Origin: an uncultured Planctomycetia bacterium
Lineage (GTDB): Bacteria; Omnitrophota; Gorgyraeia; CAYWPX01
NCBI GenBank assembly: GCA_964460615.1
Contig: CAYWPX010000010.1
Coordinates: forward strand, 1,252 to 65,251
Reading direction: 5' to 3'
DNA: 64,000 bases
In this document: positions 8,616-18,082 of the stretch, in pieces
How positions within the stretch are numbered: position 1 is the first letter of the stretch
Layout: each line of letters opens with the position of its first letter
Translations under genes and position numbers: made by a program
Notes under the pieces: model-generated
Told to the model about the DNA's origin: nothing
What the model saw: only the letters and a program-made list of their open reading frames with translations
Databases searched by the model: none

Positions 8616-9785
8616 CTAAGGACTGGTAATCTCCTTCGCTTTCAGCTTAAGTACGTTATCCGCAATACGTTCTTTAACAATATTTGCGTATTTTGAATTT
8701 GGGTTTTTATCAATAAAGTCCTTGTAATACTTAATCGCTTTGTCGAATTTTTGTAAATAATAATCGTAGAGTACCGCCAGATTATAAGAAATATCCGCAT
8801 CACCGGGGAGGTACTTCTGGGCAAATTCATATTCATATGCAGCTTTTTTGTACTCACCTTTTTTCAGGTAGCTATTACCCAGATTAAAATGCAGCTTACC
8901 ATTCTCCTCTTTCATGCGCTCTGCCTCGGGGATGGCTTTTCTCATATCCTCTTCAAGGGATTTAAGCTTATCATCGGATTCTTTTTTTAGGGCAATGAGT
9001 CTTTTTTCAGAGTCATCTTTATAGGACTTGAATTTTGAATCCAGGTCTTTCCATTTATTAAAATAAACATCTTTGCCTCTTTCGGCTTCAAGGATCCTTG
9101 CTGTACTTTCCAGTAATTTTTTTTCAACACTCAAATCTTCAACTTCCTTAGTCAGTTTTTCTTTTTCACTTTTGTAATTTGCATTCACAGCCTCAAGCTG
9201 AGTCCTGTAATTATCGGCCCTTTCGCTTAGCATGCGAATTCTCGCAGTTGTAACGCCTTCCCTGGCTGAAATTTTGCTTAACTCCTCTTTAAGCTTTTTG
9301 ATCTCGTCTTTTAGCTTGGCATTATCATCAAGGGTTTCTCTAAGAGAATCCTCGAGCGTAGGAGTTCTTAAAACTATTGGGCTTTCAACGGAAGCAGTTG
9401 CTCCTGATTGTGAAGAAGATGCATCTTTTGCTGGGGTTAATTCTTTGGATAGGGTTTCATTTGCCTTACCGGGTATGTCTCTTTTTATTTGTAATAAGCC
9501 CGGGCTAGTAGAAGATCCCGGCTTAGATTCTTGAGGCTTTGGCGGTTCGGCGGCATTGGGTACAGTATTAGCAGTGATGCTATTTGAAACAGGTGTGGTA
9601 ATTTTAATTGCACTTGCATCGGGTGAAGCGGTTTTATTGGGAATGTCTAAAATGGCTTTTTCAGACACAGTTCCGGTGGTACTCTGGGAATAACAAGTAA
9701 TAACACAAGAAAAGATGAGGGCAAAAAATACAAAAACAAAACAAACCGATTTTTTAACAAATCCCCCGGCATTATTTTTTGCCAT
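8616..9785 (-). CDS. Membrane-anchored coiled-coil / TPR-repeat protein, possibly a secretin- or pilus-associated pilotin-like protein
   Basis: N-terminal hydrophobic segment, low-complexity S/T/P linker, long heptad-rich region, C-terminal TPR (NLGNSYLKKGEYKKAAYEYEFAQKYLPGDADISYNLAVLY...). Lies downstream of the secretin. Confidence 0.6.
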   Translation of the reverse strand: MAKNNAGGFVKKSVCFVFVFFALIFSCVITCYSQSTTGTVSEKAILDIPNKTASPDASAIKITTPVSNSITANTVPNAAEPPKPQESKPGSSTSPGLLQIKRDIPGKANETLSKELTPAKDASSSQSGATASVESPIVLRTPTLEDSLRETLDDNAKLKDEIKKLKEELSKISAREGVTTARIRMLSERADNYRTQLEAVNANYKSEKEKLTKEVEDLSVEKKLLESTARILEAERGKDVYFNKWKDLDSKFKSYKDDSEKRLIALKKESDDKLKSLEEDMRKAIPEAERMKEENGKLHFNLGNSYLKKGEYKKAAYEYEFAQKYLPGDADISYNLAVLYDYYLQKFDKAIKYYKDFIDKNPNSKYANIVKERIADNVLKLKAKEITSP

Positions 9786-9863
9786 CTATTTTGCCTCCTT
9801 GTGTGTCTATAACTTATTGTAATTAAATCTATATTGTTTATTTACTTTCTTTTTTTATTTTAT

Positions 9864-10066
9864 GGATTCCCGACAAGTAACCTCGGGAATGACAAATAGC
9901 ATATGGCGTTTCTGGATTTCCTTAGGAATTTTATGATTTAAAATTCCAAGGACCAGGGCCCGCCTAAACCACGCGGGAATGACAAATGCTTAATTTACTT
10001 TTTTTCTTCCAACCTAAACCCACTGGATTCCCGACAAGTACACTCGGGAATGACAGATAACATATG
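9864..10066. repeat. Three adjacent GC-rich palindromic elements (GGATTCCCG[A/C]C-loop-G[A/C]GGGAATGACAAAT followed by an AT-rich tail). The middle one embeds the GGAATTTTATGATTTAAAATTCC hairpin typical of the MITE-like family.
   Basis: Read directly; inverted repeats and shared 40-nt tail ATGACAAATGCTTAATTTA(C/T)TTTTTTTCTTCCAACCTAAACC. Confidence 0.6.
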
Positions 10067-10119
10067 GAGCTTAGGCCCCGCCTGAGCAAAAATAACAGCT
10101 CCTTACTCACAACTCATAA

Positions 10120-11697
10120 CTAATATTCTTTGTCCGGCTGAACGGTCTCTTTCAGGTTATATTTATCGCTCTCATAATTTTCATTTCCCTCTACGATTTT
10201 AGGGGAAAGAAGTATCACTATCTCGGTCTGTTTTTTATTGCTTGTTATACTGCGAAATAATTGCCCGACCCCCGGTATATCCATAAGTATCGGTATGCCT
10301 TGTTTATCCACTACAGACTCATCTTTTCTTAACCCGCCTATGACAATAGTCTGCCCATCCTGAACTATAACACTCGTTTCAACCAAAGTGGTATTGATAA
10401 GAGGGACTTCGGAGCCCTGGGGCGTAGTAAGAGTCGAAACCTGCGAGGATATCTCAGGTTTGATAGACATGGTAATATATCCGTCATCATTTATCTGCGG
10501 AGTAACCAGGAACTGAACTCCGACATCAATATAATGTATCTCCTCATTCACTCTCTGGCTTTCCCCTGTCCCGATAGTTGTGGTAGTAACATATGCCAAT
10601 TTATCCCCTATATGGATCTTAGCTTCTTTATTGTTTAAAATCATAATGCTGGGATTGGCAAGGACCTTTGTGTCCTCAACCTCTTTTAACATTCTTATGT
10701 CAGCGGCAAAATTGTCACTTGAAAAATTACCGACTGCAATGTTACCAAATGTCGATGCGGCGGCACTTGCTATCGGGAATGTTCCTGAAAATGTGAGCCC
10801 ATGCATCAAATACTTGCCGCCCTTTTTAAAAACACTGTCCCAGTTGATGCCGGTAGCAAGCTGAGGGTTCAGAACCAGCTGGATGATCCTTACCTGGATC
10901 AGGACTGCTTTCGTCTTTTTATCCAAAGCCTTTATTATTTCCTCAACTTCTTTAAGCCTGTCCGGAAAAGCCCTTATAACAAGCTGGTTACTTCTTGCAT
11001 CCGCCTGAACAGAACCTACGGATTTATTATCAAGTTTTTCTTTAAGCTTATTAGCGACATCATCTGGGCTGGCGTATCTAAGAGTAAAAACCTTTGTCTC
11101 GAGAGGGTGATCCATCTGTTTAATGGCATCCTCCATCTTTTTTAATTTTTCGTCAGTATCAATAAGGACCACGGAACCGGTATCCTCATCGATAACAACT
11201 TTTCCCACGTCGCTTTTGATGTTCTTTAGCGCTTCCAAAATATATGCCGGCTTGGCGTAATTAAGATATACTATCTTCATATGAGTTTCATCGCTGAATT
11301 TTTTGCCATAAATAGCCTGAAATTCCGCCTCTGTCATTATGTGAATGATATTATCGCCCAAAATTTTATAACCCAAGCCGTTTGAGATGGAAATAATATC
11401 CAAAGAATCTTTTATTGAAACGTTTTTGAGATACAGGGTAACCCTCCCTTGAATATTTTTGCTTATAGAAATATTGAAATCGCCTTTTACCGCCAAAAAT
11501 TTGTAGACGTCCACAACATCCATATCCCTGAGATCAAGGTCTATCTTTCTATCGAGTTTTGCCTTAAGCGCTTCTGAAGCAACATCCTCAAACGCCGAAA
11601 CTTCACTTATTGATAAATCGCCGGTTTTAGGGTACAAAAAGAAAGCCAATAATAATAAAAAGAAGTATATAAAAACTTTTTTAAAAGAGATCGTCAT
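10120..11697 (-). CDS. Secretin (GspD/PilQ family outer-membrane channel)
   Basis: C-terminal secretin domain motifs LANPSIMILNNKEAKIHIGDKLAYVTT..., VGVQFLVTPQINDDGYITMSIKPEISS, TTLVETSVIVQDGQTIVIGGL, IPILMDIPGVGQLFRS. Confidence 0.85.
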   Translation of the reverse strand: MTISFKKVFIYFFLLLLAFFLYPKTGDLSISEVSAFEDVASEALKAKLDRKIDLDLRDMDVVDVYKFLAVKGDFNISISKNIQGRVTLYLKNVSIKDSLDIISISNGLGYKILGDNIIHIMTEAEFQAIYGKKFSDETHMKIVYLNYAKPAYILEALKNIKSDVGKVVIDEDTGSVVLIDTDEKLKKMEDAIKQMDHPLETKVFTLRYASPDDVANKLKEKLDNKSVGSVQADARSNQLVIRAFPDRLKEVEEIIKALDKKTKAVLIQVRIIQLVLNPQLATGINWDSVFKKGGKYLMHGLTFSGTFPIASAAASTFGNIAVGNFSSDNFAADIRMLKEVEDTKVLANPSIMILNNKEAKIHIGDKLAYVTTTTIGTGESQRVNEEIHYIDVGVQFLVTPQINDDGYITMSIKPEISSQVSTLTTPQGSEVPLINTTLVETSVIVQDGQTIVIGGLRKDESVVDKQGIPILMDIPGVGQLFRSITSNKKQTEIVILLSPKIVEGNENYESDKYNLKETVQPDKEY

Positions 11698-12353
11698 CTT
11701 AATTCAATCTCCTCGCCCATATACTCTAAAATCACTTTGTCTTTATTTATGGCTTTAACTATACACGACAATATTTTGTCCCCTTCCAAAAGAAAATAGG
11801 TAACTTTAGTTTTTCCATCCTCAATCATAGCATATCTTTGTTTAGGGTCTTCTGCCCAAGAAATACCAGCTACTCGCAAATCTTTGGTTGCTTCGGCAAT
11901 CTGTGTAATACCAAATTGCTGCGCTGCAACTTTAGGCTGCTCTTCAGCTGGATTAAAAATATTTCTATTTACAAGCGTATCTATATAAAAAGTGTATTCT
12001 TTAAGCGGCAGTGATATGCCCTTATCGATAGCTTTTTTAATTTCTGCTAAATTGCTCTTAAAATCCGGGACATTATTAAGCCTCTCTATCCCGCTTATAA
12101 GTATCCCAAAATATATCAAAAGTAGTAGCCCGATAACTCCCCATAGTATCCTATTTATGCTCGTGAGAGTTGAAGCGCCTCCACCATGCGCCTGTATAAA
12201 ACCCAGCTTCTCACCAAATATTTCAAAAGCTTTTTTAACCGGCTCTATAGCGTCCAGCTGGGGATTCTTAGAAGGAATCTTCTTCGATATATCCGCCTTC
12301 CCCTCTATGGCTTTTAAAAGCTCTTTTTCGGCTGTATTGTGACTTGGTTCCAT
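11694..12353 (-). CDS. Single-TM periplasmic protein (GspB/C- or PilP-like position between ExeA and secretin); hypothetical
   Basis: One predicted TM (WGVIGLLLLIYFGILISGI). Overlaps both neighbours by a few nt (operon coupling). No recognisable catalytic motif. Confidence 0.5.
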   Translation of the reverse strand: MEPSHNTAEKELLKAIEGKADISKKIPSKNPQLDAIEPVKKAFEIFGEKLGFIQAHGGGASTLTSINRILWGVIGLLLLIYFGILISGIERLNNVPDFKSNLAEIKKAIDKGISLPLKEYTFYIDTLVNRNIFNPAEEQPKVAAQQFGITQIAEATKDLRVAGISWAEDPKQRYAMIEDGKTKVTYFLLEGDKILSCIVKAINKDKVILEYMGEEIELR

Positions 12354-13186
12354 TGACTATCAGATTCCTTTTCTATAACCTCAATAACCATCTCTTTATC
12401 TACCATCATTTTGGTCTTGCTCATAGCTAGTTCTCTAAGGCACTTGTGGCAGAGACGGATTATGCCCCTCGGGTAACCTTTTGTCCTGTAATAAACTTCT
12501 CTTATCGCTTCTTCAGCAAAAATCGGGGTTGTATTTTTATTACCGGCCTGACGCATCCTAAACTCCATCATGTCTTTTGCCTCTTCAAATCCCAGTGGAT
12601 TTAAAGTAAATTTAAAATCGATCCTGTCATAAAAATTTGATATAGTTACAATCTTCGAATACAACTCCAGCTGTCCCAATAAAACAAGCTGGATAAGCTT
12701 AAATTCGTTGGTCTCATAATTCAGTAAAATCCTAAGCGATTCCAACGTCTCAAAAGACAATTTTTGCGCTTCATCAATCAGTAATATTACGGTCTTATTC
12801 TCAGAAAGATTCTTGTGGAGTAGGAATTTCTCAAAAGCGTCTCTCATCTCTGAAGTTGAATGGCTAGCCATATCAGCCGGAAACGGGACCTGAAAATTCC
12901 TGATAAGAGAAAACAAAAATTCTTTTTCGTTCTCAAACGTAGGATTCAAGATCATATGAAAAATAAATTCTTCTCTATTATGGAGTTCTTGGATTAGTTT
13001 TCTGGAGAGCGTGGTCTTCCCGACACCTATATCGCCGAGAATTACACTTAAGCCCCTTTTTAGGCGGAGTTCGATAAGAATATTAGTAAGAGCTAAATCG
13101 TATTCTCTGGAAAGGTACAGAAAATCCGGATCCGGATTTGTCGAAAAAGGTTCTTTTTCGAAACCGAGTATTTTGTAATAGCTCAT
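12314..13186 (-). CDS. ExeA/GspA-like AAA ATPase (secretion pathway protein A family)
   Basis: Walker A ILGDIGVGKTTL, Walker B ILLIDEAQKL, typical ExeA length and N-terminus. Confidence 0.8.
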   Translation of the reverse strand: MSYYKILGFEKEPFSTNPDPDFLYLSREYDLALTNILIELRLKRGLSVILGDIGVGKTTLSRKLIQELHNREEFIFHMILNPTFENEKEFLFSLIRNFQVPFPADMASHSTSEMRDAFEKFLLHKNLSENKTVILLIDEAQKLSFETLESLRILLNYETNEFKLIQLVLLGQLELYSKIVTISNFYDRIDFKFTLNPLGFEEAKDMMEFRMRQAGNKNTTPIFAEEAIREVYYRTKGYPRGIIRLCHKCLRELAMSKTKMMVDKEMVIEVIEKESDSQWNQVTIQPKKSF

Positions 13187-13500
13187 TTTTGGCTAATTAT
13201 ACCCTAATATATTATTTATATAATATTTATAATGTATTTATATACTAGTATACTTTATAATTAAGTAATGTCAAGTTAAAATAAAAAAGTTAGAAATATT
13301 TTAGTTTTATTACGCTTAATATGATATCTGTATCACCCGCCTAATAGCATTTAATAATAATACTAAGGCAATAAAACTATGCAATAGGTAGTAGTCAAAT
13401 AGGATGGAGTATATCATGTATCGCTCATTAAAATATGAGAATTTACAGGGCAGGTAGATTTCAGTCATTTCTAAATGGTTTAGCCAGAGGTCTTATTCCT

Positions 13501-13960
13501 CTGGGTTTCCGCCTTCCCTTCACAAAGACTGGCGGGCAGGCGCGGGAATGACAAATGCTTAATTTATTTTTTTCTTCCAACCTAAACCTTCTGGATTCCC
13601 GCCAACCAAATGCGGGAATGACAAACCATGAAATTTTCGCCTGCGGCGAGACATAAAAATGCAAAGGATCTTTGGGGTAATTTCTTGTCATTCCTGAATG
13701 GTTCAGTCAGGAATCCAAGTTTTATTTCTTGTTTTCGCTTTTCTTCTGGATTCCCGCCTAAAACTTGCGGGAATGACAAATGCTTAATTTATTTTTTTCT
13801 TCCAACCTAGACCTTCTGGATTCCCGACTAAAGATCTCGGGCCTGCCTGCTCGCCTCGCGGCGAAGCCGAGGGCCGGCAGGCAGGTATGACAAAAAGAAA
13901 AAATACTGGATTTCCGCCTAAGGCGGACAGGCCCGACTAAATCTTGCCTGCCTAAAAAGG
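13501..13960. repeat. Cluster of at least 5 GC-rich palindromic elements of the CTGGATTCCCGCC-(variable loop)-GCGGGAATGACAAA family. Some are followed by the 40-nt tail TGCTTAATTTATTTTTTTCTTCCAACCTAAACC; one is in inverted orientation (…GTCATTCCTGAATGGTTCAGTCAGGAATCC…).
   Basis: Read directly. Repeated units start at 13501, 13591, 13746, 13816 and 13908; the nested hairpins are GC-rich in an AT-rich background. Confidence 0.7.
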
Positions 13961-14042
13961 CAGGTAGGATATTTTTGAAATACTCCCGCCCACAAGGGCG
14001 GACTTTCGCAATTCAAGTCAAGCGAAAGGTCAGGGGATCTAT

Positions 14043-14129
14043 ACTCCGCATCATAAAATATCACAAAAATCCCTTACTTGTTGCCTATACCGGCAACAAG
14101 ATAAGATATTTTTGTGATATTCTGCGGAG
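14043..14129. mobile_element. MITE-like element, copy C. Terminal inverted repeats CTCCGCATCATAAAATATCACAAAAAT … ATTTTTGTGATATTCTGCGGAG.
   Basis: TIRs read directly. Same family as 19929-20084 and 25795-25917, with compensatory changes keeping the TIR complementarity. Confidence 0.55.
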
Positions 14130-14162
14130 TGGCAAGTGCTTATTGATTAATAAGCACTTGTC

Positions 14163-14202
14163 TAAACAAAAAAGGGTAAAATAATCAGATTATTTTACCC
14201 TT
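14163..14202 (-). terminator. Rho-independent terminator downstream of the YHS gene
   Basis: Hairpin AAGGGTAAAATAAT/ATTATTTTACCCTT followed on the minus strand by TTTTTTGTTT. Confidence 0.6.
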
Positions 14203-14221
14203 TAAAAAAATTTTCTAAAAA

Positions 14222-14497
14222 TTAATAGCTAGAAACGTTCCTTAAATACTGTTCCGGATTCTTTTTGAACTCCTTTACAGCATCATAAGAAAAAAACCAA
14301 TAGCGTTTTCCTTTGTACCCTGTATTGAACTTCTTCTGGGTGATTTCTTTGCCAGTAACTGGGCAAACCTTATTATCTGCATCGGTCAAAAGAAGAGATT
14401 TTCCACCCATAGCAGCTTGTGTTACGTTTACATCGGCAATAATTACAGTACCTATCACAAAAGCAAAAAGTATTACCAAACCTACTAATCTTTTCAT
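14222..14497 (-). CDS. Secreted YHS-domain (metal-binding) protein
   Basis: Signal peptide, then CPVTGKEI…YKGKRYWFFSYDAVKEFKKNPEQY, which resembles the YHS/TRASH motif. Confidence 0.55.
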   Translation of the reverse strand: MKRLVGLVILFAFVIGTVIIADVNVTQAAMGGKSLLLTDADNKVCPVTGKEITQKKFNTGYKGKRYWFFSYDAVKEFKKNPEQYLRNVSSY

Positions 14498-15030
14498 ACT
14501 ATTTCACCCTCCTTTCACATTTGTTGAAAGTATATCACCAAAAATATATCGTGTCAAGATAAAACAAACTGGCTTTAAATTAATTTTTCCAAATAAAATA
14601 CAAAATTAGGAAACTTATTTAGAGATATAATCTTAAAATAAATAATATAATTTACAAATAGTTTATTTTTATCGTCGAGATTTTTTCTTAGCTTATTATT
14701 TATTTTGCAATTTTAATATTATTGAATCTATAAATTCAAAAGTTAGAAAATGAGTTAAATATTATCGTTTTTTTAATTTGTTATCTTTTGTGCTTAATGA
14801 TAAATATAAGTTAAATTAAAATTTATGATTTTTATACACTTCAAAAAATAATAACCAATTGAAATAAAAAGAAAAAAACTATATATAATTTCCTAACAAA
14901 CTAATAAATTATTTTACTTTTTAATATTTAGCTGCAGTTAAGATCTTCTGCTTATTATTCAATTAAACTATTCTTTATATTAGTATCAAAATCGATGATA
15001 ATGAAATAATTACTTAAGAACTTAAATTTA

Positions 15031-16998
15031 TTATTCATATCTCAGCGCTTCAATCGGATCAAGTAATGATGCCTGATAGGCCGGCCATAATCCAAATACA
15101 ACCCCTACCATTAGAGAAAAAATTGTTGCTAAGGCTATTGATGAAACAGAAACTGCAACCGTCCATCCGGCAAATATGGTTATCAGGACCGATATTCCTA
15201 TTCCAAATATAATGCCGGCAAGACCTCCAATAAATGACATAAGTATTGATTCTATAAGGAATTGTATCATTATGTCCCTCTGCGTTGCTCCAATAGCTTT
15301 TCTAAGACCGATCTCGCGTGTTCGCTCAGTAACCGATACTAACATTATATTCATAATGCCTATGCCACCTACAAGTAACGAAATAGCAGCTATTGCCCCT
15401 AAAAGTAAGCCCATGGTCTTAGTAGTAGCTTCCAAGGTAGCTTTTATATCTGACATATTCCTGATCTGAAACGAGTCTTCTTCATCTTTATTTAAATGAT
15501 GCTGTTTTATGATCTGCTTAGTTATCTCATCCTCTGCCTGGTCAATTAGTTCCGGCGCTTTCACTTCAACAAATATCGAATCGATATACTGCTTTCCGAA
15601 TATCCTGAACATAGCTGTAGTAATAGGGATTACGATCGTATCGTCCTGATCGCGCCATGAGCTACCGCCTTTTACAGGAAGAATCCCGATAACCCGGAAA
15701 TTTATCAGGTTTATTTTTATTATCTGGCCTACGGGATTATCTTCACCGAAAAGTTCTTTTACAACTGTCATGCCCAGAAGAGCGACTTTCTCCCTCATTC
15801 GTACCTCTTCGGGAGTGAAAAACCTGCCTATTGTCGGCTCGGCTGCGCGCATCTGGGCATAATCTACATCAACGCCCTCTACCTGAGTATTCCAGTTTTT
15901 GTTACCAAAGACTATCTGGCCCCTGCCGGTTACGGAACCGCTTACTTTGCTTACGACATTCGTAAGTTTGCTTATAGCACCTATATCCTGGAAAGTAAAT
16001 CTTGTTACAGCTCCCGATTCCATGGCTACGCCATGAAGTCTTGCTGACCCGGGCCTGATCATAAGAAGATTTGAACCCAATGAAGATAATTGTTTTTCTA
16101 TGGAAATCTGGGCACCCCGGCCTAAAGCAAGCATCGCTATAACTGCAGCTACTCCTATCAGTATGCCCAGCATGGATAAAAGAGAGCGCATCTTATGCGA
16201 ATACATCGCAAAGACAGCCTGCCTTAGATAATCGATGAATTCCGCTTGCCCAACGGCCTTATGTGATCGGGATATTACATTATCTACTGAACTTTCCTTT
16301 ATCAAGGACTCTTTCAGTACAGTTTCTTTTTCTACAACCTTATCAGATATGATCCGGCCGTCTTTCATCTCAATAATACGCTTTGCATAGGCGGCTATCT
16401 CTTTTTCATGAGTAACGATAATTACGGTTTTGCCCTTATCATTCAGGCTTTTTAGTATTGAGATTATCTCGTCCTTGCTTTTTGAATCCAGATTTCCCGT
16501 CGGCTCATCGGCTAGTATGATCAACGGATCATTAACCAAGGATCTGGCTATAGCGACTCTCTGCTGCTGGCCCCCTGACAGTTCATTTGGACGATGGGAT
16601 AAACGGTCTTTTAGACCGACTCCTTCCAATTCCGCTTTTGCCCTATCTTTTAAATGCCTTTTACCGGCATATATCAAAGGAAGTTCCGCATTTTCCAAAG
16701 CAGTCATCCTCGGAAGAAGGTGGAACTGCTGGAATACAAACCCTATGAGATGGTTTCTTACAGTAGCAAGCTCTTCGTCTAAAAGTCCTGTGACGCTTTT
16801 TTTGCCTAAGAAAAATTCACCGCTATCCGGCCTGTCCAATAACCCCATAACATGCATAAGAGTCGATTTACCTGAACCGGATGAACCTATAATGGCAACA
16901 AATTCCCCCGGGGAAATCTTTAAAGATACATTAAGAAGAGCCTGTATCTCGATCTGTCCCATCCTGTAGGTCTTTGAAATATTTTTAAGTTCTATCAT
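15031..16998 (-). CDS. macB: MacB-type ABC transporter (fused ATP-binding and FtsX-like permease)
   Basis: Walker A GSSGSGKSTL, signature LSGGQQQRVAIARSL, Walker B ILADEPTGNLD; C-terminal 4-TM FtsX-like permease. Confidence 0.9.
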   Translation of the reverse strand: MIELKNISKTYRMGQIEIQALLNVSLKISPGEFVAIIGSSGSGKSTLMHVMGLLDRPDSGEFFLGKKSVTGLLDEELATVRNHLIGFVFQQFHLLPRMTALENAELPLIYAGKRHLKDRAKAELEGVGLKDRLSHRPNELSGGQQQRVAIARSLVNDPLIILADEPTGNLDSKSKDEIISILKSLNDKGKTVIIVTHEKEIAAYAKRIIEMKDGRIISDKVVEKETVLKESLIKESSVDNVISRSHKAVGQAEFIDYLRQAVFAMYSHKMRSLLSMLGILIGVAAVIAMLALGRGAQISIEKQLSSLGSNLLMIRPGSARLHGVAMESGAVTRFTFQDIGAISKLTNVVSKVSGSVTGRGQIVFGNKNWNTQVEGVDVDYAQMRAAEPTIGRFFTPEEVRMREKVALLGMTVVKELFGEDNPVGQIIKINLINFRVIGILPVKGGSSWRDQDDTIVIPITTAMFRIFGKQYIDSIFVEVKAPELIDQAEDEITKQIIKQHHLNKDEEDSFQIRNMSDIKATLEATTKTMGLLLGAIAAISLLVGGIGIMNIMLVSVTERTREIGLRKAIGATQRDIMIQFLIESILMSFIGGLAGIIFGIGISVLITIFAGWTVAVSVSSIALATIFSLMVGVVFGLWPAYQASLLDPIEALRYE

Positions 16999-17010
16999 AG
17001 ATTTAAATTA

Positions 17011-17063
17011 GCTCATAGTTTCGCCTGCTAATGAGCAGGCAGAGCTCATGGCTCATAGTAAAT
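17011..17063. repeat. Copy of the leader motif (TTAGCTCATAG…GCTCATGGCTCATAGTAA) in the macB 5' leader, split by a GCCTGCTCATTAGCAGGC hairpin
   Basis: Direct comparison with 4331-4376. Confidence 0.5.
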
Positions 17064-17122
17064 ACGTCTAAGGCTAGGAGCTTAGATTTCAAGCCTGAAG
17101 CCTGCAGCCAGAGACATTCCCG

Positions 17123-18082
17123 TTATCTTCTTCTTCCCGGCATAAACGGATTTGTCCCGCTCGAGCCAGAAGGAAGAGCATATCTTTTGGTCTTAATAAT
17201 GACCAAGTCATCTTTGGTTAGCCCGGAAAGTATTTCTATGTTTTTGTTATCAGAGATTCCTACTGTTACAGTATGCTTAACGGGTTCTTTTTTTGGGCCT
17301 TTCTTAAGAAGAACGAAACTCTCTTCTTTTTCTTTGTGAACCGCTTCTACCGGCAATGTCAGAATGTTTTCTTTACTCTCAACTACAAACTCTATAGTTG
17401 CATTCATCCCGGAACGGAAAAACGGGGGAACTTTTTCAGGTATAAGATCAACTTCATAAATAGTAACGTTATTGACTGTCTTTGATTCATAATAAATGTG
17501 CTCAACAATAGCCGCAATTTTTTCATTGGGATAAGCATCCAGGCTTATAATAGCTTTGAGTTTTAATTTTATATGTCCTATATCCGTCTCATCTACCTGA
17601 GCTCTTGCAATAAGCTGGTCTGATAATACTACTACCGCATCCGCTGTAGTTACTGTCTGGCCCGGCTGGGTAGTGGCAACTATTACTTCTCCGTCGATAG
17701 AAGCTAAAAGGGGAATAGGCTTATATGCATCCTTCCAAAATTTTAAGGCCTCAGCGCCCTGCCCGCGCGCAGCATCCAAGACTGCCGCTCTTTCAGTGGA
17801 ACTCATCCAAGCAAGGGTTTGGCCGCTTTTTACGATCTCGCCTTCCTTGACCAGTATCGAATCCACCCTTCCATTAACTGGCGGCTTTATCTCCAAGCGA
17901 TTTTTCGGAAGCACTGTACCGGTGGTTGAAATAATCTTATCAATAGTTCCTGTAACCGGTTTAATCTCTCTGGTAATTTCACTTGTTGAACTTTTCCTGA
18001 TAAAACTCAAAAAGAAAGATAATATTATGCACACAAAAGCAAGTGAAATACATATAACAAATATCTTATTTTTCATACTCAA
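17123..18082 (-). CDS. macA: Efflux transporter periplasmic adaptor subunit (MacA/HlyD family)
   Basis: N-terminal TM anchor, biotinyl/lipoyl-like and beta-barrel adaptor features. Sits between the TolC-like gene and macB; 17-nt overlap with the upstream gene. Confidence 0.8.
   Translation of the reverse strand: MSMKNKIFVICISLAFVCIILSFFLSFIRKSSTSEITREIKPVTGTIDKIISTTGTVLPKNRLEIKPPVNGRVDSILVKEGEIVKSGQTLAWMSSTERAAVLDAARGQGAEALKFWKDAYKPIPLLASIDGEVIVATTQPGQTVTTADAVVVLSDQLIARAQVDETDIGHIKLKLKAIISLDAYPNEKIAAIVEHIYYESKTVNNVTIYEVDLIPEKVPPFFRSGMNATIEFVVESKENILTLPVEAVHKEKEESFVLLKKGPKKEPVKHTVTVGISDNKNIEILSGLTKDDLVIIKTKRYALPSGSSGTNPFMPGRRR

Noticed and set aside
9864-13960. CRISPR array at the GC-rich repeat clusters
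   Set aside because: Repeat units are palindromic with variable-length loops. Spacing is irregular (70-155 bp). There are no uniform spacers and no cas genes nearby.
13461-14184. ORFs 13461..13691(-), 13582..13779(-), 13628..13810(+), 13975..14184(+)
   Set aside because: They run across stacked GC-rich palindromic repeats and hairpins. The translations are Arg/Pro/Gly-rich repeat artefacts with no RBS.
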